Assembly (NCBI GenBank): GCA_051362555.1
Contig: CM120641.1
Span: forward strand, 16,616,001 to 16,680,000
Length of the DNA stretch: 64,000 nt
Origin: Lingula anatina
Taxonomy: Eukaryota > Animalia > Brachiopoda
Direction: 5' to 3'
Within the stretch, counting starts at the first letter, position 1. Each line of letters begins with the position of its first letter. This document shows positions 1-13,900 of this stretch, one piece after another. The notes under the pieces are model-generated. The model did not search any database and was not told the origin of the DNA. It was given only the letters and a program-made list of their open reading frames with translations. The position numbers were made by a program, and so were the translations under genes.

Positions 1-499
1 TGAAAGGTCAAGGTTAACTGTGAAAGGAGGAAGATACAAGCAGACGATTCGTGATAGTGCGATTTACTATTTTGTTTATTAACGCTTTTTTTCATTCTGC
101 CAACTAAAAATCTCGTGACGAAAATTAGTTCATGTAGCATATTTAACACCTATGTAGGTCAATTTTTTTTTTACTTTGATTCATTACGTTTTAAATTGAA
201 TAATTTTGTAAGGATTTAGCCCAAGGTGAGAAGCAATTTGTTTGAGAAAAATCATGACAGATAGTGAATACCTTGGGCGGCAGTAGATTTAGTGTAAAAT
301 ATATCAATGCTGATAATAATCAATGTACCATGGGCACATGAAACCTTTTAATTGATTTGTTGTAAAATTATGAAAAGTAAGCGCTCCAGTAAAGGATAAA
401 TTAACTTTCATTAACTCTTTGGAGTATCCAGCTTGTGCGGTTTTTTTTTTTTATTTTATTTAAGCGTACTACAATTTATTACAGTTTCCAGATACTAAA

Positions 500-3400
500 A
501 TGGCAGACCAAGTTGTAGTTGAAGAACTGGATGAGGAGGCAGAAGAAGATGTAAGGTTATCTGGTTTCAAAACCTACCAGGGTAAAAAAAAATTCAAAAA
601 ATGAATAATAGGTTGGTTTTGCAGTGTGGGAAGGTAATCTGTGTACATGTATGTTTTGGATTTTCAAATCCTTATTGTACTTTAGATTAAGAACAGATAA
701 TGCAAATATGTAATTGCACACTTTTTCTAAATCATTAAGACAATTTTGAAAGTGCATTAATAGATTACTTGGTGATGTTATTATCTTTCCTATTTTAGGA
801 ATCATTTTTTCAAGACATAGATCTCCTCCAGAACCATGGAATTGTAAGCAAAAAAGTTGCATTAATATGTCAGAATGTTTTGAATTCTTGTATTTTAATA
901 GCAAGGGCTTATACTGGTACCTTATGGTACTTCTTATTATTGGTATTTACATCTTACTCTTTTCACTACCTTTTGATTTATTGATCCTTTAATGGATTTT
1001 CAGAATGTTGCAGATATAAAGAAGTTGAAACAAGCTGGAATTTGTACAGTTAAGGTATATACATGTGTATGGACTTGGAGTTGATGAATAACTATAAACT
1101 TACAAGAAGAGATATTTGTCGTATTAATTTTAGAAAATACTAGAAAAATTATATTATGTTTAATTAATGGCTTAAAATAAAGTCTAAGGTCTTGTTAACT
1201 TCTCAATTTATTTGAACTGTTTGTAACATAATATCCTAGCTATTACCAAATGTGCACATATAAGTACTTTGTGATAATTGTGAAACTTTGATGCTATCCT
1301 TTTAGGGAATTCACATGACAACAAGAAGGAAAATGTGTACAATTAAAGGAATTTCAGAAGCCAAGATGGAGAAAATTAAAGAGGCTGCTGCAAAGATTTG
1401 TGTACTAAGTTTTCACATTCTGATTCTAAGTCTGTTCCTTTTTTCCTAAAATGGTTTACATAATGCAAGAATATAAAGGAGATATTTCCAAATTATATTT
1501 TAACACATACAGGTGTACAAATTGAGTTAACAGATGGGAAATGTTGGCTGTTACAATTTCGCTTGTATGCCTTTAAGATAACAACATGCTTTCTTTCTTC
1601 AGGAATCGGGTTTTCTCACAGCTTTAGAATATTCAGAGAAAAGAAAGGAGTGCTTTAGGATAAGTACAGGGAGTCAAGAATTAGAGTAAGTCCCTTGGTT
1701 GTGTTTACAAACAAATCAGCAAGGCTTTAAATAACCTGTGTGGATGATTTAGAATGAAGGTATTTTTATAAGACAATCTTTGCTGTTTCTGGTTTTCCAG
1801 CAAACTTCTTGGAGGAGGGGTAGAAAGCATGGCAATCACAGAAGCATTTGGAGAGTTTAGGACTGGAAAAACACAAATTTCTCACACACTTTGTGGTAGG
1901 TCTGACCACCATCATGAGCCTTAAGCTTACAAAAGATCAAATAAGTGTGGGATTAACTTGGCTGGACAATTATTAACTTGTTAAGTTTTAAAATGAAATT
2001 TATTACATATAAATATTTCAACTTAAGGTTTATATGCATACATTAGATACATTTATGTGTCCGCACAATGCCAGGTGTTCTCAGCTTCAGAATAAGTATG
2101 GTTTACATCTAATATGTTTTACATTCTAGTCACTGCTCAACTTCCTGGAGCAAATGGGTACACCGGAGGAAAAGTGGTCTTTGTGGATACAGAGAATACA
2201 TTGTATCCTTATATTTTATCTGTTTGTTTGTTTGTTTGTTTGTTTATTTATATTGGCATCTAAAGTCTTTTTGTTATTTTTGTCATAAATGAATTTCAAA
2301 AGTCACTAATAAGTTTGTTAGACTGTCCATATGTGTGAATACAAATATTACGTACAGATAATATGTATATTGAAATGCTTTTGCATAATTCTTTTTTCAC
2401 CCGCAAGACTGGTTACTGTTTTGTTTCTTAATCCTAACCTTGGTGCAGCCGTCCAGACAGATTACGAGACATAGCAGACAGATTTAATCTAGACCAGAAT
2501 GCTGTATTAGACAATGTTCTGTATGCAAGAGCCTATACAAGTGAGTCAATAAAGTCTGAAAATGAGAGGCTGTTTGGAAACAAAGTTGCAGTACATGTTT
2601 TATAGCAGAGCAAGATCATTTTAATAATTTTGTCATTGTCATACATCTTTTTTTTTTGGAGGGGGGTAGGGGTGGGGAGGAATAAAGGATCAAGCGATTT
2701 CAATAATTTTTATTTGCATTATAAAAGCTGAGAATTTGAACATGAAGAAGATGTACATTTACTAAACTTGAGTTGTAAAGAACCAAATATTAAGCTGATG
2801 GCACAATGCTGAAGAGTTCAATTACACCATCAGGTGAACACCAGTATGAACTACTAGACTTCGTAGCAGCCAAGTTCCATGAGGAACCAGGAGTTTTTAA
2901 ATTATTGGTACGTGTATTTAATTTTGAAAGTAATTGAAGGCACAGGGGAGAATTTTTTTATTAAATGAAAGGAGTTTAGTATTAATAGCATGATATTAAT
3001 TTAATATGATGTGAAATACAATTACACCTTACACTTAAAAAACTGAAATTGAAAGTTACAAATTAAAGAAGCTGTTATGATGATAGCAGTTGATTTCAGC
3101 AACGTGGACTGACATTCTCAGTGATCAGGATTATATTCAAATACATTGTTTAGATTAATGAATGTATGATGTTAACATTGCATGTAGGCTTTATGAGGAG
3201 AAATTGTAGAAAGCACTTTCAAAATGTGTTCATTGGTGATTTCATAGATAATTTGCTGAATAATTCCAGGGCTGTGCTTTTTATGGTATTTTTCATTGGT
3301 ATTTCTAAAGGCAATTCATAGACTTTTTGACAGCTTGAGGGGTGAGGGTGAAAATAGTTTAAAGATTTGGATATATGTACAAAGTAATCATTAAAAAGAC

Positions 3401-4687
3401 TTGATTCAAGAAGATTTTGTCATGGTTTAGTCTGGAGTTGTAGCATGGTTTTCCTTGTTTCAGATAGTGGACTCTGTGATGGCTCTCTTTAGAGTCGACT
3501 TTAGTGGAAGAGGTGAACTTGCAGACAGGCAACAAAAACTTGCGCAGCTTCTGTCACGACTGCAAAAAATTTCAGAAGGTAATAAAAACAACAACAATTA
3601 GACCAACAGTTATGCACTTTCAAGCAATTTAAATTCATACTGGCAGTGACATAATTACCCCAACTCTAATAATTTGAAAGATCATATAAAACATTGATTT
3701 TTTACTACTAAACATTGATTTCTGAATCAAAAGCTGAAAAAAAACTTAATAATGTTTACCACTAAAATATAAACTATCAATTTTCAGAATACAATGTTGC
3801 TGTATTTATTACTAACCAAATGACGTCAGATCCAGGTGCAACAATGAGGTGAGGTACAAGTAATGTTTTTGCAGTAAATATATATGATAGTAATATATCA
3901 AAATATATAAAATAACATCTTTCAACCTACTTTCACAAAATATAACTGTGCATTTTTAAAACTCTTTCTCAGGGCTGTGAGCTTTTCATAGTATGTTTGA
4001 AAAAAATGATGGCTTCTAAAAAGAGTCCTTTTGTGTCAGATAATGAAATTTTGAGCAGTGAAGAAGCATTTCACATTGAAAGAGTCTGTAACACATAACA
4101 CGTACAGCCCAGTTGGCTGCAAAAGGGAAGAGTGTCAGTGAAGATCTTAAAGAACTTACATTTGGTGTCTAAAATTCTTTTCCCCCCAAGCAGTTTCCAA
4201 GCAGATCCCAAGAAGCCAATAGGTGGTAATATATTGGCTCATGCCTCAACAACAAGGATAAGCCTTCGTAAGGGAAGAGCAGAACTGCGAATAGCCAAAA
4301 TATATGACAGGTCTGTTTGTTGATAGTGTGATTATGTGATATATTTCTGTAATATTTGTCATCAAGGATTGTAGAGTCGACCACATTATATTCCGTCAAT
4401 TTCTGAAATGTATTACTGCACATTAATTAAAATTATTTGTAAGTACTTATTAAAATTGGAATAAGAAAAGGTTTTGCTTATAAGGATGAAATGTTTATCT
4501 ATCATCTCAAGCAAATTAATGATTGGTGGCAAATGGGTTTCATTTAACTTAAAAGATTTCACTTTTTAAGCTGTATGTTTTAATTTCTCATGTGTTACAT
4601 GTTGTTATTCTTTACAGTCCTGATCTTCCAGAAAATGAGGCCACATATGCAATCACTGCCGGGGGCATTGCTGATGCCAAGGAGTAA
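500..4687 (+). CDS. DMC1: Meiotic recombinase DMC1, complete, 13 coding exons, 340 aa
   Basis: Exons 500-550, 799-843, 1004-1054, 1306-1401, 1603-1685, 1801-1895, 2130-2202, 2449-2540, 2834-2907, 3464-3578, 3788-3848, 4194-4310, 4618-4687. All are GT-AG and phase-consistent, totalling 1023 nt. Protein [41 protein letters not shown]...[27 protein letters not shown] (Walker A)...LLIVDS (Walker B)...[12 protein letters not shown]...[28 protein letters not shown] and FHEE are DMC1-type rather than RAD51-type. Confidence 0.97.
2203..2448 (+). other. Minor-spliceosome (U12-type, GT-AG subtype) intron in DMC1
   Basis: Donor GTATCCTT at 2203. U12-like branch motifs TTCTTAAT/TCCTAAC at ~2426-2438, 10-20 nt before the CAG acceptor at 2446-2448, with no polypyrimidine tract. 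Confidence 0.85.
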
Positions 4688-5512
4688 ACATGTTTTTATT
4701 TTAATGTTGTATTTTCAAGTATTGAAAAGCTGGATCTTTTTCATAACATACAGTGTTTAAGAAAAGAAAAAAAATCCTCTGAAGTTTAAAGTGATGTTAT
4801 TGATACTTTTTCAATTTCCACATCAATCCATAAGAAAATGTTTGCATGTTGCTGCAAATGTATTCACAAATGTAAATGTTATGATAGTATTTACACAGGA
4901 TGGTTGCATTTTACTTGGTGTAAGTTTTAAGGATTTAAAAATGTAGTATTAAGTAGATCTTTTATTATTTCACATTCATTCACCAACAGGAAAAAAACAC
5001 TTGCATCTCCAAAACAGACACTAATTGCTTGTAAAATTTAATAGTATAATTTCATAAAATACAATAGTACAACAAAGAAGAAACTTTAAAGCATAGTATT
5101 GCACAAACAAACATGGTTATATAAACATTAGGTTAAGATTATTTTTACATAACATTAAGTTAGAAAATATGTGAATCTATATTTACAAGTCACCTTTTCC
5201 TTAAATAATTCTATGTGTATATAGTTTATATATTATGCCACACTTATTTTTTGTTATCTTTAATGGCCATATATTACAATTTTAAATATTTAACTATTTT
5301 TACATGGCAATAAACAGAAGGTAAGAGTATTCTACTGTACAAGTAACATAATATTGAAACCATTATATGGCAGTGTCTAGTCTTTGGAGGTAGAAAGCAC
5401 ATTGGCAACCTAGAATATTTGGTAATGGGAAAATTAGTTTATAGATTTATAATTAGTGCTACTTCTGTTAACTTATAAGGGCTTGTATGTGATACTTAAA
5501 CTGTTTTTTTAA

Positions 5513-6392
5513 TCATTTATCTGCAATTGTTCCGTGTACTCTGAATCTGTACAAACACGTGTATTCTTTGTTGCCATGGTTATTGTGGATCCTTAATTCA
5601 ACAATTCTATAGGAGCCGGGATCTGGATTCTGAAATTCAATGGCACATTCTAAACACACACATATATATATATTAAGACGTTTAAAAATGTGATCACTAA
5701 GTGTTTGCTGTTTGATCCATTAAAGAAACATATTGCAACTTACCAGAAACTGTAATTAATTATTTTTATGAACCTGTGAAGTTACAACAATTACTTACAG
5801 CCACCAGGTATGTCTGGAGAGGAGCTCCATCTTGGTTGTATGTGTAGTTCCCCAATAGTTTGCCTTTGATGTCTTTCTCATGTTCCAGACCCTTTAATAA
5901 ACAATTGCATATATTTAGTTGTTTTTCGTATATATTAGTTATGAAGAAACAAATCATATGTGTACATAGTAAAGTCTACATAATTCAATATTTCAAAATG
6001 ATACAAAATCCATCAGTAAAAAAACTTGCATAAAAATGTAAAATTAAATGTTCAGAATAGTATCAAAACTTGAATAATCATGCTGAATAGTGTTTAAGTA
6101 CCCACCCAGACTGAGAAGTCTTTGGGAGCACTATCTATTACACCGGTGGGGGACAGAGCCTTGGGGATGTGTTCCAATGAGAAGGCACTGGGACGTATGA
6201 TGTTAGCCAACTCGATGACTATAAAGCCCTGAGCTCCCTTAAATGCCCAACATTGGCCTGGATTCACATCAGGCTATGAAATGAAAGAAGATATGGGTTG
6301 GTTTTAGGAAACATTTTTTATACAAAAGCAACCCTTGGAATTGACAAGAATTCCCCCAACATACTTACATATATTATAATTACTCTTTAAAT

Positions 6393-6430
<38 letters not shown>

Positions 6431-7883
6431 GACATCAGCTCTGCTTAAAAATACATTGAACTGCAAAGTTCTACTGGGGAAAATGGCTTCAACTGGTTCT
6501 ACTGGCTTCAATTGGAATGTATTGTTATCAAGTTACCTGTATAACTGTTCTTGGAGAGTTGGATGAGTACCACAGAGGTAAACCAAACAGACTGAGCTGT
6601 GCAGTTCTCCTGTGGAAGGTTTCTGAGCATCTGGTACTAAGGACACTTCCACCTGGAAAATTTTGAATAGTGATATTTTTCCCCCTTTCTTTCTTTTTTT
6701 ATCTTTAAAGATGCATACAAAGTCAATTTTTTGTCACAAAAACCAACCAAATGCCAACATATAGTTTGAAGTAGTATAACTAAGAAAATTACCAAAAGGC
6801 ATTGTTTAATTTTACCCGAAAATGATGTTTGCATGGATTTTTCTGCTAGCAATCTATGCTGTATGTCAATGGGGCAGAAAAGTAGGTCACGAAAGTAGGT
6901 TAAATTTCTGACCAAAAATTTAAAAGAGGAGCAGTCTAAAGCTCTTTTATGGCCGATTGACTGATCTTTTCAGTTTATCCCTTGGCATGTCGAATTTATT
7001 TGAGTTGTATAAAAAACTAGTAGAAGTGGTTTCCATGTGTTACTGGGAATCCACATTCCACCGATGCTCGGTTCGTATGTACCTTTAATTGATAGATTGC
7101 ACTAATATTAAATAGGTAGAAGATAAGTTTACACCATACTGTGCACTAACATTTAAACAAATAAATAATTTTAATGCAGTTATTAAAGAATTTTACTGGC
7201 TTGACTTTTTATAGTTTCAAATAAGAATATTGGTTTATTCAAGGAAATGTAATATACCTGCAGACTCCAGAGCAAAGTCTGGCATTCCAGTCTTGTCTGC
7301 TGTGAACACTGTCAGCTGGGTCAAAATAATACGCTTGATATCCTACAAAGATGATATCAACAAATTTGAATAAAATCAAACATTATCACTAAAATTACTG
7401 TTTTAAATCTAAACAACACAAGTATCTCAGCTTCCCAGTAACATACAGACATGTTTTTTTTTTTAACATACCTCCTCTGCTAATCCTGAAGAAAACCACC
7501 CGCCAGTCCCTTCCGTCTTCACCACTTCACTGTCCTTCTCTTTGATCTGCTCCATTATCCTGCCCACAGCCAGGGTCAGTTTGTTGTCCAGTTCTTCCTT
7601 GCTCACATATCTGTCCCTCAACCAGGCTACGAAGGCTGCCCCAGTGTTTCCTGCCCCCTCATCTTCCCCTGACTGTACACCGTTGTCTGACATCAGCTAT
7701 TAATGTGAAATTTGATACATATTGCTGTGTTTCAAGGGCAAAGGATTACTGACCTGGACATCAGGTAAATTAATCATTTTAAACTAGGCCAATTTTTTCA
7801 AGTTCTTTTTATTTTTGTTTTGTAAAAATTTTACCATGGTTCAAATGTATGCATAAAGGTATGACATTATTTACACAAAAAAA

Positions 7884-7922
<39 letters not shown>

Positions 7923-10900
7923 AAATAAATAAAAAAAAAATACTTCTAAGTTAATAGCTGACAAAATCATCCAAGTACTTTACCTTGGCCATATAACCAG
8001 CCAATTCAGCATGCACAAGAGCAGCGAGGTATGTATCGTTTTTACAGCAGTTCTCCTTCATTTGCAGCATGAATAGTCTCTGGTTCTCTTGAAGACCATC
8101 TAGGTCAGTCTTAAGAACAGCCAGCTGTGCCTCTAAACCAGCCATGTCTGCTTCTAGTTTTGATTTGGCCTCTGCTGAGTCAGACCCTTGACTGTGAAAG
8201 GTGTGAAAGTATATCTAAATCTTTGATAAGTTTACTGGGTCTAAACACTTAGTATATGACACCAACAAAATTCATATTATGAAAATAAGACTTAAATAAA
8301 ATTGATATGTCAAAATTAATACTTAATTTTTTAATGTTTGGTTACAATAAATTTTTTACCTTTTTAATGAGCTTTTGGTTGACTCCAACTCTAATTTCAA
8401 AGCCTGCAAAACAAGAAATACTTCTAAAGACATACACAATTGTCAAAAAAAAAAATCAATCATTTCATAAGAAAATTTGTTATGTATTACAGTAAAATGT
8501 TGCCTATAAACTTTATATGTAAATGATAAGTAATATTAACTGTTTACAAATAAATAATGATACAAATAAATGCACACATGTATACCTCTGATTTTGCTGT
8601 AATTGCTAACATTTCTTCATTGATTGCCAGGAGTTTAGCTTTCTGGTCTGCCCACAGCTTGGCCTACAATGGGATTAAGAAGTTACATGGTGTTATATTT
8701 AAATTTCCATAAAATTTTGATAAAATATCACAGAAATGGCCATAATCAAACAGAGATGTAACATGTCAAAAGTGATTTCAATAAATTTAACACTAAATAT
8801 CAAATTTTTGCAATAATTGCTACTTCATAAAAACTTGAGAGTATCTTCTTTTTATTCAAAATTTTAAACTCACCTGCAAGTCATCTTTTTCTGCGATCTT
8901 TGCCTCATTTACTGCTGCAAAAGCCCCCAATTCCTCCTTGATCATTGCCCTCATCATAATCTCTATGTCTGTCTTATTTATCTGCTGAGTATTGTACTGG
9001 TTCACATTTAAAAGGATTTGTTGAATCTTGGATGTCAGTGTGGATTCATCTATATGCATACTTCCTGAACTGGAGTCTGAACTCGAATCACCATAGAAAT
9101 AGCTGCTACTGTCTTGGTTATTGGACTAAAAAAAAAAAGAGAAATATTACACAATATTCTTTAAAAAAAAAAAAAAAAAACATCACAAAGGCTATACACT
9201 GTTATCAGTTCAAAAATTCAATAAGAACTTAAAATAAAAATATGTTTTTCCTGATAAAACATATAGATATAACAACATCGCTTGAATCATAAACCATTTC
9301 AGTTATAGTAATCACAAATGCATACACTTACAAGAGAGCTATCATAACATCAGCAGCAAAATTATATCTCTCACCTGTCCCGAGGAGAACCCCAGCCATC
9401 CCCACAGACCACCACCTGTCTGACTGGCCACACTGTCTTCAGTAGAGATAGAACTTTCCTCAGATGTAGCCACTTCTACAGCAGAATCTTCAAACAAGGC
9501 TACAGGTGTAAAGATGCCACCACCATTTTGATATAATGCTAATAGACCTGGAACAATAGGGAAAATTCGGTATCAAATTAGATCTAACTAGGTAACACTA
9601 ACCAACTATCTTAACAAGGTATCTCTGATTAGTTATATGTAAATCATTTATTTTCTTCATGTGGAAACATCTATTTTTATCTAAAACTATAATGCACTTA
9701 AGGTCACAGTTTAAGTTACTTAATATTCATACTTCCCAAGACACTAACCTGCGATAATAAGTGGAACAAGGAAAAGCAACAGCAGTATGCATGGGAGGCT
9801 CCTACGCCTTTTTGTCTCTCTTGATCTGTAAATATGCATAACAATTATGCTGAGGGTTCAAACCAGCAAAAAGCAAAAAAAAAAAAAAAAAAAAAAAAAA
9901 CACAAAGCTCTGAATATGAAGTTCAAGCAAGCACATCATTTTGATCATTAACTCTTCTGAGAATACCCAAATCAAACTGGTTGGTAGGTACAGTACTGAA
10001 GTCACAACCACTAAATTCATCAAATCATGTTTTCTTATATCCTTACCTTGATGCCGTCCACATGTCTAGCAGCAAAACACTGGTAACGATTTTATACAGA
10101 GATCCTGCTGCAGCATAGAAGACATTGCTGCTCCCCTCACCTAGAAAAAAAAATTATAAAAAATTCATTAAGAAGAACTAAAAATCTTTCACTTAAGACT
10201 TCACATGTAATATCCAAAGGAACTTTTTATAGATATAATTAATAATGTCATATGATACGAGGTTATAATGCTACATTTGATGAAATACTCCTATATCATG
10301 GGAGCTGCCATCTAAGTGAATCTACTTCTATTCAACACAGATGCATCAATTAAGAAAAAAACTACTTATGGGTTTCCTTCTTCAGGCTGATTCTTAATTG
10401 TATTCATCACTTGTGCAATTTACAATATCATCAAAGCCTAACCATGTGTAATGGATTTCAAATATTATATCCTTGGAGGTATGCACATTCTACAGGCAAA
10501 TATATTTCAATACAAATGAATGATTTATCTAAGCTAAATAACTTGCCTGCCACTGCCCCGGCTGACATTACTGTAGCTCCAGCGGACTTCATGGCTGAAG
10601 CTCCAGCTTTGCGCACACTCCTGGCTGAGGACGCCATTTTGGATGAACTTGATGCTGCAGCAGATGACACAGATGATTTTGCCGTTTCTGCTGATGAAGT
10701 CAACACTGCCCCCCCACTCGCCCCCATCCATGAGATAGTAGACACAACTGTTGTAAATATTGTCACAATCCATGTTACTACTCTATAGAGTGAGGATGTA
10801 ACTGTAGAGAGTCCAGACACAAGGGTCTCCTTTCCTATAGACAGTCCATTTTGAATGGAGGAGCTTCCCTCGGAGAACCCAGTCCCTATAGCTGACCCAC

Positions 10901-13900
10901 CTGATATCAACCCAGATGTAACATAGGAACACCCTGATGATACACCACCTTTCACTGCAGAGGCTCCAGCCACTGTAGTTGTGACTATAGTTGTGATTAT
11001 AGTTTTTATTATTGTTATCACTGTTGTAGAAAACCTCTTTATCGTGGACTGGTTCTGGTGTGGATAATAATAATTGCCATGATGCTGAAGGGAATCTAAT
11101 GAAGATGCTGAGGAAGATGAAAGTTTGGACGTAATTGCTGATGCAACGGACCTGGCACCACTGGCTAGTGAACGTGCCCCGCTGGCTATTGTTGTCATTG
11201 TGGTTATGGATGTTGTTGATGTATAATTGCTGTTCTTGGAATGTGATGATGTGGCATAACTGGATTCTGTGTCTGCAAAACCAAAATAACAATATAATTC
11301 CTTACATATGAGAAAATTTACCAGTATTAATGTAAATGTAAAGTAATTTTACTAGGTTTTGTTTGAAATTCATAAAAGAATTCAGTTTTAGGAATCTAAC
11401 ATTTCATATTTGATTTTTTCTAGATCTAGCTTTTGGTAATCTTTCTTTTTTCCATATTTAAATAAGCCACACCAAAGTCATGCATATCTACCTGATATTT
11501 CTTCTGAATCTGTGTTGTTGTCAAGGCCTAGAAAAAAGAGATCAATATACTTTGATTCTTTACATAAAGGCAAGAGCAAATATGTTTAAGTTGATCTGCA
11601 ACAGATCTAGTGTTGAAATAATACAATATCCATTGTATCCAAACCAAATCTATGAATCTAGGATAACACTTCTTTCAGCCAAATAACCACAAGCATATAA
11701 ATTTAAAAGATTGAAATCTAAAATCTGGTCATTCAGAAATTACATAATTGGCTAAAATAAAATTTAATATTTACATTTTCTTTATTCATAATCAAAAATG
11801 TTTAGCACTTGGTTAAAATTTTCTTAGTAGGCTCAGTGTGATCAACACAGCAACAGCAAGTAGAAGCAAGGAGTAAACTGCCACAATGTCTTTATCAAGA
11901 CATTACGCAATACATAATATCATATTATGCCTTAAGGTTTACCTTCTTACCCACAGCAAGAGCATAATGTACGGCTCACATATCTACTGTTGAGAGACAG
12001 AAAGAGTTTTTGCATACCAAGTATTTACTGTTGTTGGGATTAAAAGGAAGTATTACCGCAGTACAAATAACAAGGTATTCTGCAGCAGAATCTGTTGATT
12101 CACTTTAGTGTACAAACAAGATTGAATGCTTTAGATAGTATAGGTAAAGGTAGCCAAGTGCAAGAAAACATGACAATACCGTATCTTTATAAATAAACTT
12201 ATGATTATATCATATGGTCTTTGACAAATATTCATAGCTGCTTTCCTGAACTGTCCTTAGAATTTCACAACTTATACAAATTTCAAATATGTCCAGCCAA
12301 ATAATGAGAAAAAGGGTAACAATAAATTGTGTATGCCATAGATACCGTAAGCATGTTCAAGCATAGAGTCAGCAGCAGCAGCAGCAGATTTCCTGGATCT
12401 AGTGGAAGACCTTGTGATTCTGGTATCCTCCTCAATGGCCCTGCTGCCTCCAGATGAGATATAACTTTCTTCATACTGCGATCTACGAGTCACCAATGTC
12501 CTGGTTTGCCGTCTAGGCTGGGACCTCACATTTATGCTGTCCTCTGTCACCAAAGGGGTCAGAGATCTACCACGAGACCTTCTTGAAGCTCCCCTACTTC
12601 GTTCTGGAACAAAGAAAATATCCAATTCATCCGGGTCTATAAACCTTTAAAGCCTGATATTCATTTTAGACAATATGGCAATTACCCCAATCAATTTTGT
12701 GAAATGATATATGTTTACGTAGCTTTCATTTTTCTTCTTATTATGGGGATACCACGCTTTATCCACAAAGACATGTTGAGAAGTATCTGTGATAAGACAA
12801 ATACAAGTAAATAACACAGAAACAGGAAATCTAATCATGTTCTTAAAAATAGAATAGAAAATAAAAAGGCAAGAGACTCTTAACTACTTATGAAAGTTGC
12901 ACTGACTACTAATAAACATAATATATGTAAATGTTACACCAGAACATCTTCCGTCATACCTCTGCTATAATATGCAATGTTATGGGAATGTAATGACTCA
13001 TAAATATAAAATATGTGCTTAGAAGTAGGCTGAGCAATTTTAAATGTTAACGGTTTTGGGGCCTGTAACAGAATCTTTTTTCAAGGTGTTTTATCTTTTA
13101 TTCAATCAGCCACAACATCACATCTTTGCAGAATCTAACTAATTTGTGTTCACAACAGACATGATAGAAATTAAATTCACTGAAGAACTTTCAATCAATT
13201 ACGTACTACTCAGTATCTAAGAAATGGTCATCACTGTTAACTTTTCTTTAAATAAAATCATAAAATTACATTCAGATTATAGCCCTTTCCCAGCTAGTAC
13301 ACGGGCATGCCCATCCTGCTGATCTTATCCACATGTATGCTTTCTCTGCTTCAAATAATAGCCGTTTACAACAAAAGCAAATATGTATTAGGCTTTTAAT
13401 AATGATTTAGAACCAGTTAAGTACTATGAAGTCAGTCATAGTCAACAAACTCCACCTCTCAAATATGCACTGTGGGAGTACAATTGCAGTGAAGGTCAGG
13501 AGGTGATCCACCCGCTCTATATAAATACGCCTGGCAAATTTCCCTGTTTGAAATTACTTTTCTTCTTGTAATAGCTAATGCCCTTATTGGAACCAGAACA
13601 AACTAAATCAATTACGCTCTAGATTTTATTTACAGGTCATGCTGCAGGAATTTTAAACTTGTGAGTAAACTGCTTAAATGGCCATCTTAAACATATTAGC
13701 CAAAAACTTCAACACTCATTTATTTTCAGATGTACAGATGATACGAGTATAAACAATAAATAGCATGTTAACCTAAATCTGGAATTAGTTCACTGAAAAA
13801 ATAACGATACCAGTATGAATCTTGGCAAGAATCCTGACACAAAAACACAGAAAAAGTACCATAACAAAGAACTGTGTCATATGTATATATGTAACTGGTA

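Noticed and set aside
500-4687. RAD51 as an alternative identity
   Set aside because: Diagnostic residues ([38 protein letters not shown]) match DMC1.
10037-10044. ATATCCTT resembling a U12 AT-AC donor
   Set aside because: It is on the strand opposite the SUN gene and is simply the complement of an ordinary GTAAGG donor region.
10411-11292. Overlapping ORFs 10411-10788 (+), 10534-10773 (-) and 10783-11292 (-)
   Set aside because: Antisense or alternate-frame shadows of the low-complexity SUN exon.
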